The translations under genes and the position numbers were made by a program. From NCBI GenBank assembly GCA_934167465.1, contig CAKPKR010000003.1, positions 2,992 through 66,991 on the forward strand: 64,000 nucleotides of DNA, written 5' to 3'. Origin of the DNA: an uncultured Bacilli bacterium (GTDB lineage: Bacteria > Bacillota_I > Bacilli_A > RF39 > UBA660). The notes beneath the pieces are model-generated. The model was not told the origin of the DNA. It ran no database searches and was given only the letters and a program-made list of their open reading frames with translations. Below are positions 18,112 through 29,076 of the stretch, piece by piece. The first letter of the stretch is position 1. Each line of letters opens with the position of its first letter.

Positions 18112-20520
18112 ATGTATAATTTAGGTAAACAATTTGATTTTGATTATGAACAAGCAAAAGCTAATCCTAAAAATATAGTTCAAGGAAATAAATATAGATT
18201 TACTATTTTAACTGAAAGACTAATTAGAATGGAATATAATGAAAATGGTGTTTTTGAAGATAGACCTACTAAATTAGTTTGGTATCGAAATATGGATAAA
18301 GTTGACTATAAATTAAAAGAAGATGAAAAATATCTTGAAATTGAAACAAGTTATTTTAGATTAACATATAAGAAAGAAAGACCTTTCAAAGGTAGTTGGA
18401 TTAATTCAATGGGAAATTTGAAAGTTGAATTATTAAACTCAGATAGAATATGGTACTATGGCCATCCAGAAGTTAGGAATTATGGTGCTCCTAGTACATC
18501 ATTAGATGATAATAATGGAAAATTAAAATTAAAAAAAGGATTATATTCTGTAGATGGTTTCGCAAGTATCGACAATTCAAATGATTCAATATTTATGCCA
18601 AATGGAACAGTTGAAGAAAGAGTTGAAACTGGATTAGATATATATTTATTTATGTATTTAAAAGATTTCGCATTATGTCTAAAAGATTATTTTGGTATTA
18701 CTGGAAGTCCTGCTTTAATTCCTAGATATGCTTTAGGAAATTGGTGGAGTAGGAACTTAGAATATAATGATAAAACATTAAGTGAATTAGTTAATAGTTT
18801 TGAAGAAAATAAGATACCATTATCTGTTGTTTTATTAGATAAAGATTGGCATATAAGAGAATACAATGGCAAAAAATATGAAACTGGATTTACTTGGAAT
18901 GATAGACTATTTGTTAATCCTAAAAAAATGATTGAATATCTACATCGAAAAGGTGTTAGAATTGGTTTGAATGTTGATCCATTAGAAGGAATTTTGCCTT
19001 ATGAAGAAAGATTCAATACTTTAACTAATTATTTGGATAAAAATGAAAACGGAGTTATACCATTTAATGTATTTAATCCTAAAACAATAGATGCTTATTT
19101 AAAAATTTTAATTCATCCATTAGATGAACAAGAAGTTGATTTCTATTGGATAAACTATGAAGAAAAGAAAAAATTAAATGAATTATTTTTACTTGATCAT
19201 TATCATTTTAATGATATGAAAAGAGATTATAAAAGGAGGCCAATGGTATTAACTAGAAATCATTTAATCGCACCTCATAGATATCCAGTATTATATTCTG
19301 GTAAAACAATTGTAAGTTGGGATACACTAAAAATGATTCCATATCATAATGCCAGTGCTACTAATATTGGTGTAAGCTTTTGGAGCCATGATATAGGTGG
19401 TTATTATAAAGGAACTGAAGATAATGAATTATACACTAGATATGTTCAATTAGGGGTATTTTCTCCAATCTTAAAATTTGGTAGTGATGAAGGAAAATAT
19501 TATAAGAGGGAACCTTGGAAATGGGGAATTAAAACCTATAGTATTGTAAGAGATTATTTACAACTTAGACATAGATTAATACCATATATGTATGCCGAAA
19601 GTTATAAATATCACGAATATGGTATGCCTCTTATAATGCCTATTTATTATAAATATCCTGAAATGTATGATGATGCTAACTATAGAAATGGATATTACTT
19701 TGGAACAGAATTATTTGTATCTCCAATTATTAATAAAAAAGATTATATAATGAATAGATCAATTCATAAATTTTTCCTACCTGATGGTGTATGGTATGAT
19801 TATGTTACTGGTAAGAAATTCCCTGGCGGTAAAAATTATGTTTCATTTTTTAAAGACGAAGATTATCCTGTATTTGCCAAAGCCGGTTCAATTATAACTT
19901 TAGGTGATAATGAAAATATTAATGATACAACACCACCTAAAAATTTAGAAATTCAAATTTTTCCAGGTAGAAGCAATACTTATAATTTGTATGAAGATGA
20001 TGGTGTTAGTGATCTACATAGGAAAGACTTCTATTTGTTAACGTCAATTGATTATAATTATATGCCTAATAATTATACAGTTATTGTTAGACCTCTGACT
20101 GGTAAAACAGGTATAGTTCCAGAAACTAGAAATTATAAATTTGTGTTTAGAAATACTAAAAAGGCTAATGATGTTATTGTTTATTTTAATGATACACCAA
20201 TAGATGCTAAAGGATATGTTGAAAAAAATAATTTTGTTGTTGAAGTCAATGATGTTTCAACAATTGGACAATTAACAATCAATTGTAAAGGAAAAGATAT
20301 TGAAATTGATGCTGTTAGATTAATCAATGATGATATTGAATCAATCATATCAGACTTACAAATTGAAACTAGTATGAAACAAATGATTGATGAAGTATTA
20401 TTTAGTGATTTATCAATTAAAAAGAAAAGAATTGGTATCAGAAAATTAAGTAGAAAAGGTTTAGAACACAAATTTGTTAAATTATTCTTAAAATTATTAG
20501 AATATGTTGAACAAGTATAA
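18112..20520 (+). CDS. glycoside hydrolase family 31 (alpha-glucosidase/xylosidase-like)
   Basis: Signatures WIDMNE-like, DKDWH and FWSHDIGGY are present. The protein is about 800 aa. Confidence 0.65.
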   Translation: MYNLGKQFDFDYEQAKANPKNIVQGNKYRFTILTERLIRMEYNENGVFEDRPTKLVWYRNMDKVDYKLKEDEKYLEIETSYFRLTYKKERPFKGSWINSMGNLKVELLNSDRIWYYGHPEVRNYGAPSTSLDDNNGKLKLKKGLYSVDGFASIDNSNDSIFMPNGTVEERVETGLDIYLFMYLKDFALCLKDYFGITGSPALIPRYALGNWWSRNLEYNDKTLSELVNSFEENKIPLSVVLLDKDWHIREYNGKKYETGFTWNDRLFVNPKKMIEYLHRKGVRIGLNVDPLEGILPYEERFNTLTNYLDKNENGVIPFNVFNPKTIDAYLKILIHPLDEQEVDFYWINYEEKKKLNELFLLDHYHFNDMKRDYKRRPMVLTRNHLIAPHRYPVLYSGKTIVSWDTLKMIPYHNASATNIGVSFWSHDIGGYYKGTEDNELYTRYVQLGVFSPILKFGSDEGKYYKREPWKWGIKTYSIVRDYLQLRHRLIPYMYAESYKYHEYGMPLIMPIYYKYPEMYDDANYRNGYYFGTELFVSPIINKKDYIMNRSIHKFFLPDGVWYDYVTGKKFPGGKNYVSFFKDEDYPVFAKAGSIITLGDNENINDTTPPKNLEIQIFPGRSNTYNLYEDDGVSDLHRKDFYLLTSIDYNYMPNNYTVIVRPLTGKTGIVPETRNYKFVFRNTKKANDVIVYFNDTPIDAKGYVEKNNFVVEVNDVSTIGQLTINCKGKDIEIDAVRLINDDIESIISDLQIETSMKQMIDEVLFSDLSIKKKRIGIRKLSRKGLEHKFVKLFLKLLEYVEQV

Positions 20521-20556
20521 AATCTTATGTTAGATGAACATAAGATTTTTTCTTAA
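20521..20556 (+). terminator. rho-independent terminator
   Basis: AATCTTATG-9nt-CATAAGATT is followed by T6. Confidence 0.55.
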
Positions 20557-20634
20557 ATAAAATTGATTTTTTTCTATTAATCGACTTATTAATTAATTTT
20601 TTATGCATATAATAATCTTTGAAAGGAGAAGAAT

Positions 20635-22914
20635 ATGTTTGCAAATTTTGAAGAGGAGTCACGAGTAATATTAGTAGCCGCAAAAAAAGAAATGCAAGAA
20701 CTAAAACATCCTTATATTGGAAGTGAACATATGCTACTTGCAATCTTAAATAATGATAATGATGTTTCAAAAAAATTAAAAGAATATAATATAGATTATA
20801 AAGGCTTTAAAAAAGAAGTAATAAATATAGTAGGTATTGGTGCAAAAGAAAATGACCTTTTTTTATATACTCCATTACTTAAAAGGGTAATAGAAAATGC
20901 CATAATTGATAGTAAAGAATTTAATTCTGGAGAAGTTTCTATAAGTAATTTATTTGCTAGTTTATTAGAAGAAGGTGAGGGTGTAGCCCTTAGAATTTTA
21001 CTTAGTATGAATGTTGATTTAGATGAATTATATAGTGAATTTAATTATAATTTAACGACAAAAAAGAAGAAAAAAAATAAAAAACTTATAATTGAAGAAA
21101 TGGGTGAAAACTTAGTAGAAAAAGCTTCTTATTTAGATCCTGTGATTGGAAGAGAAAAAGAAGTAAAAAGATTAATTGAAATTTTATCAAGAAGAACTAA
21201 AAATAATCCTATTCTAATAGGAAATGCAGGAGTAGGTAAAACAGCAATTGTTGAAGAACTTTCTAGAATGATTGCGAATAATACTGTACCTATAAACTTA
21301 AGAAATAAAAAAATAATAAGCTTAGATATGGCTAGTACTGTAGCTGGAACAAAATATCGAGGTGAATTTGAAGAAAGATTAAAAAAAATCATTAAAGAAG
21401 TTGAAGATAATGATGATATAATCTTATTTATTGATGAAATTCATACATTAGTAGGTGCTGGCGGAGCAGAAGGAGCTATTGATGCATCTAATATTTTTAA
21501 ACCCGCTTTAGCGCGTAATAAACTAAGATGTATTGGAGCTACAACAATTGATGAATATAAAAAGTATATTGAACAAGATAGTGCTTTAGAAAGAAGATTT
21601 CAAAAAATTATAATTAATGAACCAAATAAAAATGAAGTGAAAAATATTTTAAACAACATTAAGCCTATATATGAAAAATATCATAATGTAATAATATCTA
21701 ATGAAATAATTGATATGATTGTTGATTTAACAAGTAAATATATATTTGGAAGATTTGAACCTGATAGATCAATTGATATTTTAGATGAAGTATGTGCGAA
21801 GGTAAGTTTGAAAGAAAATAAGAATTTAAAAAAATATTTAAATCTTAAAAAAGAATATGAAAAAATTAACAATGAAAAACATAAGGCTATCATTAATAAT
21901 GAATATAATAAAGCTTTAGAAATAAAAGATTATGAAAATAATGTTATTGATAAAATAAATAAAATGGAATTAAAACTATATGAAAAAAACAGTAATAATG
22001 TTGAAAAAATAGATGTTGCTGAGGTAATTGCTGCTAAATCTAATATGCCAATATATGAGGTAATAAAAGATGATAAGAAGATTATTAAAGAATTAGAAAA
22101 GAGTCTAAATAATGGAATTATTGGTCAAGATAATGCTTTAAGAGAAGTAATGAAAATAGCTAAAAAAATAAAATTAGGTTATACTGATAATAAGTGTTAT
22201 TCAATGTTATTTGTAGGGCCATCAGGAGTTGGTAAAACTCTTTTAGCTAATATGTTTGGTAAAAATATGAATATGAATGTTATTAAATTGGATATGTCAG
22301 AATATATAGAAGAACATAGTGTTAGTAAAATAATAGGTTCGCCTCCAGGATATGTTGGATATAAAGAATCAAATACTATTTTAGATGAAATAAGAGATAA
22401 TCCTAATACACTATTGATTTTAGATGAAATTGAAAAAGCTCATCCGAATGTAATAAATTTATTTCTCCAAGTTTTAGATGATGGGAAATTAAAAGATAGT
22501 ACTGGTAAGATAGTTCGTTTTGATAATTCAATTATAATAATGACTTCTAATGTTGGAATATATGATAATAATATGGGCTTTGTTTTAAACAAAGAAAATA
22601 TGACAAAATTAAAGGATTCTTTTTCACCACAATTTATAAATAGGATAAATAATATTATATATTTTAATAAATTAAATGAAGAGGCAATTTCTAAAATAGT
22701 TGATATAAAATTAAATGAAATTAAAAATAAATACGAAATTAAATTAAATAAAAATATTAAAAATGAAGTAATAGAATTATCTGACTTTAAAGAATTTGGC
22801 GCTAGAAAAATAGAAAAAATTATTAAAGATAGATTAGAAAATCAAATTATCGACAAATTAATTATGAATGAATTTCCAAATATTACTACCTTAAAAGAAG
22901 AAAGTATTGTTTAA
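20635..22914 (+). CDS. clpC: ClpC-like AAA+ chaperone ATPase
   Basis: Clp_N repeats, two Walker A boxes (GNAGVGKTA and GPSGVGKT), and the ClpB D2-small domain are present. Confidence 0.7.
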   Translation: MFANFEEESRVILVAAKKEMQELKHPYIGSEHMLLAILNNDNDVSKKLKEYNIDYKGFKKEVINIVGIGAKENDLFLYTPLLKRVIENAIIDSKEFNSGEVSISNLFASLLEEGEGVALRILLSMNVDLDELYSEFNYNLTTKKKKKNKKLIIEEMGENLVEKASYLDPVIGREKEVKRLIEILSRRTKNNPILIGNAGVGKTAIVEELSRMIANNTVPINLRNKKIISLDMASTVAGTKYRGEFEERLKKIIKEVEDNDDIILFIDEIHTLVGAGGAEGAIDASNIFKPALARNKLRCIGATTIDEYKKYIEQDSALERRFQKIIINEPNKNEVKNILNNIKPIYEKYHNVIISNEIIDMIVDLTSKYIFGRFEPDRSIDILDEVCAKVSLKENKNLKKYLNLKKEYEKINNEKHKAIINNEYNKALEIKDYENNVIDKINKMELKLYEKNSNNVEKIDVAEVIAAKSNMPIYEVIKDDKKIIKELEKSLNNGIIGQDNALREVMKIAKKIKLGYTDNKCYSMLFVGPSGVGKTLLANMFGKNMNMNVIKLDMSEYIEEHSVSKIIGSPPGYVGYKESNTILDEIRDNPNTLLILDEIEKAHPNVINLFLQVLDDGKLKDSTGKIVRFDNSIIIMTSNVGIYDNNMGFVLNKENMTKLKDSFSPQFINRINNIIYFNKLNEEAISKIVDIKLNEIKNKYEIKLNKNIKNEVIELSDFKEFGARKIEKIIKDRLENQIIDKLIMNEFPNITTLKEESIV

Positions 22915-23045
22915 ATAATACTTTTTTTTGTCGGAATTTGTATGTTAAAAAATGGATAAACAAAAACTAAAATGTAGTAGAATATAAAGCGATATATTTA
23001 ATTGGTGTTAGTGCATTCCTTCTAGAATAAGAAGGCGGTGATATT

Positions 23046-23123
23046 ATGACAAAAAGAGAAATATCTTTATTTTTAATAATAATTCTATTATTTGTTATAA
23101 TTTTTATTTTATTATATAAATAA
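23046..23123 (+). CDS. 25-aa hydrophobic peptide MTKREISLFLIIILLFVIIFILLYK (candidate type I toxin)
   Basis: The Shine-Dalgarno sequence AGAAGGCGGTG is sequestered in the hairpin CCTTCT-agaata-AGAAGG. Confidence 0.5.
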   Translation: MTKREISLFLIIILLFVIIFILLYK

Positions 23124-23236
23124 AAAAATGCACTATCACAGGGGGATAGTACTAACTAAAAAACCATTTAGGAATGTATCTAATTTTTAGAACAATTAGA
23201 TATATCCTTTTTTAATTATATGGGCATTACTTATCT
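23122..23236 (-). ncRNA. predicted antisense sRNA (candidate antitoxin)
   Basis: The minus-strand promoter has TTGAAA at 23271-23266, a 17-nt spacer and TATTAT at 23248-23243. A terminator hairpin at 23130-23152 is followed by an A-run on the plus strand. Confidence 0.4.
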
Positions 23237-23336
23237 ATATACATAATAACATTTTAAAAATATTTTTTCAATAATTTTATGTAATTTACGAATATAAACA
23301 AAATAGACTTTTTAACAAAAATTTGATACAATTTTA

Positions 23337-23978
23337 TTGGTGATTAATGTGAGATTAAAATATGTAAAAGGCGCTAGTGAAAAGATTGAAAAATCTCCTT
23401 ATGTAATTTTAAATCCTAGTGATTATAAAGGTAAATATAATGAACTATTTAACAATAATAATCCAATTTATATAGAAATAGGTATGGGTAAAGGAACATT
23501 TATATATGAAAATGCTTTAAAATATCCTAATATTAATTTTATTGGAATAGAAAAATATGATAGTGTAATGGTAAGAGCAATTGAAAAAGTAGAAAAAGAA
23601 GAAATAAATAATTTAAAATTTATTAGAATAGATGCTAGAAAAATAGAAGAAATATTTGATAAAGAAATAGATAGAATTTATTTAAATTTTTCTGATCCTT
23701 GGCCAAAAGTAAGACACGATAAAAGAAGATTAAGTAGTCCTAATTTTTTAGAAAAATATGATAATATATTCAAAAAAGAAAAAAGGATTATTATGAAAAC
23801 TGATAATAGAAAATTATTTGAATTTTCCATTATATCTTTTACAAATTATGGCTATAAAATAAATGATATTTCATTGGATTTACATAATGATGATATAAAA
23901 GACAATATTGAAACCGAGTATGAAAAGAAATTCTCATCAATGGGATACCCTATTTATAAAATTGATGTATCTAAATAA
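23337..23978 (+). CDS. trmB: tRNA (guanine46-N7)-methyltransferase TrmB
   Basis: IEIGMGKGTF is a SAM-binding motif. FSDPWPKVRHDKRRL is also present. Confidence 0.8.
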   Translation: MVINVRLKYVKGASEKIEKSPYVILNPSDYKGKYNELFNNNNPIYIEIGMGKGTFIYENALKYPNINFIGIEKYDSVMVRAIEKVEKEEINNLKFIRIDARKIEEIFDKEIDRIYLNFSDPWPKVRHDKRRLSSPNFLEKYDNIFKKEKRIIMKTDNRKLFEFSIISFTNYGYKINDISLDLHNDDIKDNIETEYEKKFSSMGYPIYKIDVSK

Positions 23979-24062
23979 GTAGACATTTGTTGGACACTTA
24001 TTTAGAAAAAAAGTAGTCTAATTTTAATATTTTTGATATAATTAGAATAAGAGTGGTGATAT

Positions 24063-24656
24063 ATGAAAAAATTAGCTATTCTATTTATGATATTATTACT
24101 TACAGGATGTACAGTAGTAAGAATAGATACAAAAAGTATCGATAACATTACAAATGTAATTTTATCTAAAGAAAACAATATTTTTAATAGAGTTGGAAAA
24201 GGTTATAAATATTATATTCCTAGAGGTGTTTCTTACATTGATACAACTGAACTAAATGATAAATTATATTCAAATGGAGTTTATTACTATTTATATGTTG
24301 ATGCTGTAAGTTATTATTATAAAACAAAAACAGAATATAAAGAAAACAAAGAATTATATTATTCTAAAAAAATAATGGGAGCGAAAGATGGTTATTTAGA
24401 AATTACAAAAAAAGAAAATGATTATTATATCGTATTTGTTTACAACTATGCCAAAATAGAAGCTAAAGTAAGTAAAGATAAAATAGAAGAAGTAGTGTTG
24501 AATGCAAGTTATATTTTATCTACTGTAAAGTTTAATGATAATATAGTTGGATTAATGTTAGATAATGATTATTTTACAAATAAAGAAGAACAATATGATG
24601 TCTTTAGTAAAAAAAATGAGAATAATAATTTCTTAATTGATGAGGAAGAAAAATAG
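24063..24656 (+). CDS. lipoprotein, hypothetical
   Basis: The signal peptide carries the lipobox LLTGC. Confidence 0.5.
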   Translation: MKKLAILFMILLLTGCTVVRIDTKSIDNITNVILSKENNIFNRVGKGYKYYIPRGVSYIDTTELNDKLYSNGVYYYLYVDAVSYYYKTKTEYKENKELYYSKKIMGAKDGYLEITKKENDYYIVFVYNYAKIEAKVSKDKIEEVVLNASYILSTVKFNDNIVGLMLDNDYFTNKEEQYDVFSKKNENNNFLIDEEEK

Positions 24657-24666
24657 AGGTGGATAT

Positions 24667-25611
24667 ATGAAACTATTTGATAAAGTAAAAAATCTATTTA
24701 CAGAAGAAGTAGAAGAAGAACCAGTAGTAAAAAAAGAAGTAAGACATGTTGAGGTAACAGCTCCTACTAGAGTTGAGAGAGAACCTGAAATAGTAGAAGA
24801 AAAAGAAGAAAAAAAAGAAGAAAAATTTGTGTTCTTTTCAGATGATGATTTTAAAGACTTAGAAAGACCAAAACCTAAAAAAGAAGAACCAAAACCTGAA
24901 AAAAAAGAAGAACCAAAACCATATCGTGGAGCTGCTTTTACTCAAATTGTTGAAGAAAAGAAACCATTTAAACCTTCACCAATTATTTCTCCTGTTTATG
25001 GTGTTTTAGATAAAAATTATTCGAAAGATGAAGTCGTAACTAAGAAAGTTACCCGTTCATATTCTTATGATAATAAAAAATTATCAGTAGATGATATTAG
25101 AAATAAAGCTTATGGAACAGTAGAAGATGATATTAAAGATGAGTTATTAGGCAACATTCAATTTGAAAAGAAGGAAGAACCTATTGTTAATGATATTGAC
25201 ATATTTCAAGAATTAGAAAAATATGAAGAATTGGATAAATTAGAAAAAAAAGTAAATGATAATAAAGATAATAATATTGATGATTTATTTGATGAGTTAG
25301 ATAATAAAAAAGTAGAGATACTAGATGAACTTGATAATAAAAAAGATGAAATATTAGATGAATTATCTAGCAAAAAAGATGACATAATAATAAATGATGA
25401 TGGTTTAGATGATGAAACTTTAGAATTATCAAAACAATTAGAAACACAAAGAAGAAAATTAGATGAATTAAATGACTTCTTAGAAGATAATGAAGAAGAA
25501 CCAGAAGAATTAGATTTTGAATTAGAAGAAAAAAAATCTGATGATGAACTAAACGAAAGTGAATTGTTTGATTTAATTGACTCTATGTACGAAAAAAAGG
25601 ATGATGAATAA
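24667..25611 (+). CDS. highly acidic Glu/Lys/Asp-rich repeat protein
   Basis: The sequence is low-complexity, with internal repeats DELDNKKVEILDELDNKKDEILDEL. Confidence 0.4.
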   Translation: MKLFDKVKNLFTEEVEEEPVVKKEVRHVEVTAPTRVEREPEIVEEKEEKKEEKFVFFSDDDFKDLERPKPKKEEPKPEKKEEPKPYRGAAFTQIVEEKKPFKPSPIISPVYGVLDKNYSKDEVVTKKVTRSYSYDNKKLSVDDIRNKAYGTVEDDIKDELLGNIQFEKKEEPIVNDIDIFQELEKYEELDKLEKKVNDNKDNNIDDLFDELDNKKVEILDELDNKKDEILDELSSKKDDIIINDDGLDDETLELSKQLETQRRKLDELNDFLEDNEEEPEELDFELEEKKSDDELNESELFDLIDSMYEKKDDE

Positions 25612-25892
25612 TGAATGAAGTTTTTCCTATCATATTATATATATTAGGGAGCATATTATTAGTAGTACTTATTATTTTAGTTATTAAAATAATGATTACA
25701 TTAAATAAGGTTGATAAAGCAATAGAAGACTACAATGATAAATCAAGTAAACTTAATGGTTTATTTGATATTATTGATAGTACAACTGATACTATATCTT
25801 CTATAGGTGATAAAGTTATTAGTTCTATTATTAGTGGAATAACAGCTTTAATTACTAGGAAAAGAAAAAAGGAGGAACAAGAAGATGAGTAA
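25611..25892 (+). CDS. small membrane protein (DUF948/YtxG-like)
   Basis: An N-terminal transmembrane segment is followed by a coiled region. The ORF overlaps the next gene. Confidence 0.35.
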   Translation: MNEVFPIILYILGSILLVVLIILVIKIMITLNKVDKAIEDYNDKSSKLNGLFDIIDSTTDTISSIGDKVISSIISGITALITRKRKKEEQEDE

Positions 25893-26292
25893 AGAAAAAA
25901 AAGGATTAGGTAAATTATTTGCAGGAATTGCTATTGGTGCTGGACTTGGAGTTTTGTTTGCACCTAAGAAAGGTTCTGAAACAAGAAAGGATTTAATGAA
26001 TAAATTTGAAGAATTAAAATTAAAAGCTAAAGATATTGATATTGATGAAGTAAGAGATAATATTGATGAAAAAATAGAAAATCTTAAAGCTGAATTAGCT
26101 GATTTAGATAAAGAAAAAGTTTTAAAAATTGCTAAAAAGAAAGCTGGACAAATTAGAGATATGGCTGAAGAATTAGTTGATTATGCCGTTGAAAAAGGAA
26201 CTCCAGTATTAGAAAAAGCTGCAACAGCTGCTAGAAACAAAGCAATTGATGTTACTAAAGAAATTTTAGAAAAATTAGAAAAAGAAAAATAG
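25885..26292 (+). CDS. YtxH-like protein
   Basis: GKLFAGIAIGAGLGVLFAPKKGSETRKDL matches the YtxH N-terminus. Confidence 0.5.
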   Translation: MSKEKKGLGKLFAGIAIGAGLGVLFAPKKGSETRKDLMNKFEELKLKAKDIDIDEVRDNIDEKIENLKAELADLDKEKVLKIAKKKAGQIRDMAEELVDYAVEKGTPVLEKAATAARNKAIDVTKEILEKLEKEK

Positions 26293-26321
26293 TCTATACA
26301 AAAGTATAGATTTTTTTGTAA
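26293..26321 (+). terminator. rho-independent terminator
   Basis: TCTATAC-aaaag-TATAGA is followed by T7. Confidence 0.5.
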
Positions 26322-26506
26322 AATTTTAGTAAAAAATGAATCTATAGATAGTTAAGTTAGAGATTTAAACTTTATTTAATAAAAGTGTTAATTTTATTAA
26401 ATAAACATATAATTAATAGTATTAAATACAAATCATAATTAAATGTAAATATTTTCTTTACAAATAAGTATTATTATTATACAATTAAACTAGAAGGAGG
26501 GTTGTT

Positions 26507-27190
26507 ATGAAAAATAAAATATGGGGATTAGTACTAATTGCAATAGGACTTATTTTTGGATTAAATGCATTAGAGATAACAAATATTGATATTTTCTTTG
26601 ATGGTTGGTGGACCTTATTTATAATAGTTCCATGTTTCATTGGTCTAATTACAGAAAGGGAAAAAACAGGAAATTTAATTGGATTATTAGTTGGTATTTC
26701 TTTATTATTAGGTTGTTTAGATATTTTAGAATTTGAAACAATTGGAAAATTAATATTTCCAGTAATATTAGTTATTATTGGATTATCAATTTTATTCAAA
26801 GATACTATCACTAGAGAAGTAACAAAAGAAATAGATAGGTTAAATGATAAAAGAGAAAAAGAAAATGAGTATTGTTCTACATTTAGTTCTCAAACAATAA
26901 ACATTGATGATGAATTTAAAGGCTGTGATTTAACAACAGTATTTGGTGGAATGAAATTTGATTTAAGTGAAGCTAAAATAAATGAAGACGTTGTTATAAA
27001 TGCAACAGCAGTATTTGGTGGAATTACAATTAATGCTCCTAAAGGCGCAAAAATAAAAGTAAAATCTAATTCAATCTTTGGTGGAGTTACAAATAAAAGT
27101 ACCGCTAATGATGGAAGTATTGTTTATGTAAATTGTTTTTGTTTGTTTGGAGGAGTAGAAATTTATGACTCAAACTCAAAAAATAATTAA
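26507..27190 (+). CDS. LiaF-like membrane protein (DUF2154-type C-terminal domain)
   Basis: An N-terminal transmembrane region is followed by repeated FGG(I/V)T motifs. Confidence 0.4.
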   Translation: MKNKIWGLVLIAIGLIFGLNALEITNIDIFFDGWWTLFIIVPCFIGLITEREKTGNLIGLLVGISLLLGCLDILEFETIGKLIFPVILVIIGLSILFKDTITREVTKEIDRLNDKREKENEYCSTFSSQTINIDDEFKGCDLTTVFGGMKFDLSEAKINEDVVINATAVFGGITINAPKGAKIKVKSNSIFGGVTNKSTANDGSIVYVNCFCLFGGVEIYDSNSKNN

Positions 27191-27965
27191 ATACTTTGCA
27201 ATAGCCTTAGCTTTTTTAATTATATTTAGTATTTTTAGTTCAATATTTGGGTTTATAAATACATTAACTATGAAAAAAGAAAAGGATAGAAAAATAGAAT
27301 CGATATTTAATTCTGATTATGCAAATGTAGCTTATTTAGATATTGATGTTAAAGCTGTAGATTTAGTTATAAAAACTGGTAATAATTTAATAGTGGAAAC
27401 AAATAATAAGTATATCAATTGTAAACAAAATAGCAATAAATTAATTATTAAAGAAAGAAAACATAGTAGTTGGAGCAAAAATAATAATAAACTAATAATT
27501 ACAATACCTGAAAATATTGAATTTGATGCCTTTAGACTAGATGCTGGAGCTGGAAAAATAGATATAGATCAAATAAATTCTAAAAAAACCGATATTAATT
27601 TAGACACTGGAAAAGCTACTATTAATGTTCTTAATGCTACTGATAAATTAAAATTAGATACAGGTGTCGGAAAGCTAGAAATTTTAAATGGAATAATTAA
27701 TAATTTAGATTTAGATATGGGTGTTGGAAAAGTTTCAATCAATTCTAAATTAGTTGGTAAAAGTAAAATTGAAGCTGGAATTGGTACTTTAAGAATTAAT
27801 CTATTAGATAAAAAAGACAATTATTCGATTGAAGTTAGTAAAGGATTAGGAACAATAAGTTTAAATGAAAAAAAATTAAACGAAGGTACTTATGGAAATA
27901 GTTCTAATGAAATAAATATTGATGGTGGCATTGGAAATATAGATATTACAACTACTGAGAGATGA
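27165..27965 (+). CDS. DUF4097-like putative beta-helix adhesin domain protein
   Basis: Repeats D(T/M)GVGK(L/V)xI(N/L)N are present. The gene overlaps the preceding LiaF-like gene. Confidence 0.4.
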   Translation: MTQTQKIIKYFAIALAFLIIFSIFSSIFGFINTLTMKKEKDRKIESIFNSDYANVAYLDIDVKAVDLVIKTGNNLIVETNNKYINCKQNSNKLIIKERKHSSWSKNNNKLIITIPENIEFDAFRLDAGAGKIDIDQINSKKTDINLDTGKATINVLNATDKLKLDTGVGKLEILNGIINNLDLDMGVGKVSINSKLVGKSKIEAGIGTLRINLLDKKDNYSIEVSKGLGTISLNEKKLNEGTYGNSSNEINIDGGIGNIDITTTER

Positions 27966-28025
27966 TAATTCTCATCTTTTTTTTATTGTTTTTTAATGCT
28001 ATAATCAATATAAGGAGTAGGTTAT

Positions 28026-28523
28026 ATGATGATTATATATTATATAGTGTCAATACTATCAATTTTTTTATTTGTAATAAGTATTCAATTTAAAGATAAA
28101 AAGGATATATTACTAATTCAAACTTTTGCATCTATGTGCTACTTCATAGCTTATTTGATATTAGGATCACATAGTGGATGTGCTATCGAATTGATTGAAC
28201 AAACAAAAGATATAGTATTTTATAGGTATGAAAAAAAGAAGAAAGAAATTTCTATAATATTATTAATAATATTTGTAAGTTCTTTAATTATAGCTTCAAT
28301 TATTACGTATGATGGTTTTTATTCTTTAATGCCACTAATCATAAATTTACTGTATTTTGTATCTTCATATTTTAAAAATCCAAAATATATGAGAATAACA
28401 ATGTTATTATGTGGTTTCTTATGGATATATTTTAATTTTAAAGTTGGTGCTTATATTATAATAATTGGTAATATATTAGAAATTATCTCTGCTATTATTT
28501 CATTAGTGAGGTATAAGAAATAA
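28026..28523 (+). CDS. hypothetical membrane protein
   Basis: The ORF has 4-5 transmembrane segments. Confidence 0.3.
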   Translation: MMIIYYIVSILSIFLFVISIQFKDKKDILLIQTFASMCYFIAYLILGSHSGCAIELIEQTKDIVFYRYEKKKKEISIILLIIFVSSLIIASIITYDGFYSLMPLIINLLYFVSSYFKNPKYMRITMLLCGFLWIYFNFKVGAYIIIIGNILEIISAIISLVRYKK

Positions 28524-28524
28524 T

Positions 28525-28887
28525 ATGGAAAATAATATTGAACAATTATTGGATTCTTTAGCAACATCTAAATTTAGATCTTCATTCCATCTAAATTCTA
28601 AAATGAAGGACTATGTAATGGAAAAAGGATTAAATAAAATTAAATTGGATGCAATTGATTTAATAAAAAAAAGAGTAGAACCAGAAAATCCAAATAATGA
28701 TGGTAAACAAACACCTATGAAACAAGTACATCCGGTTTTTATAGCACAACATGCTACTGGGTGTTGTTGTAGAGGTTGTTTAGAGAAAATTCACCATATA
28801 AAAAAAGGACATAAACTTTCTAACAAAGAAATTGATTATATTGTAAATGTAATAATGCTGTGGATTCAAAGAGAAATAAAAAAATAG
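28525..28887 (+). CDS. DUF4186-like Cys-rich protein
   Basis: The ATGCCCRGCLEKIHHI motif is present. Confidence 0.35.
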   Translation: MENNIEQLLDSLATSKFRSSFHLNSKMKDYVMEKGLNKIKLDAIDLIKKRVEPENPNNDGKQTPMKQVHPVFIAQHATGCCCRGCLEKIHHIKKGHKLSNKEIDYIVNVIMLWIQREIKK

Positions 28888-29076
28888 TACTAGTACTAAA
28901 ATTTGAGTAAATTATAAAGAATTAAAGTTTCATTATAGATTTAGTGAGTTAAATACAAAACATTGTTACAAATGGAAGTAAATATGTTTTTTTACTGTAA
29001 TAATAGTTTTAAAGTCAGATATGTTAACTTGCAATAATCTTAAATTTATAGTATTATTGTTATTAGGTGATAAAAA

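Larger units (their letters stand above)
22928..23278. repeat. type I toxin-antitoxin-like repeat, copy 2
   Basis: Same unit as at 11775. Confidence 0.7.
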
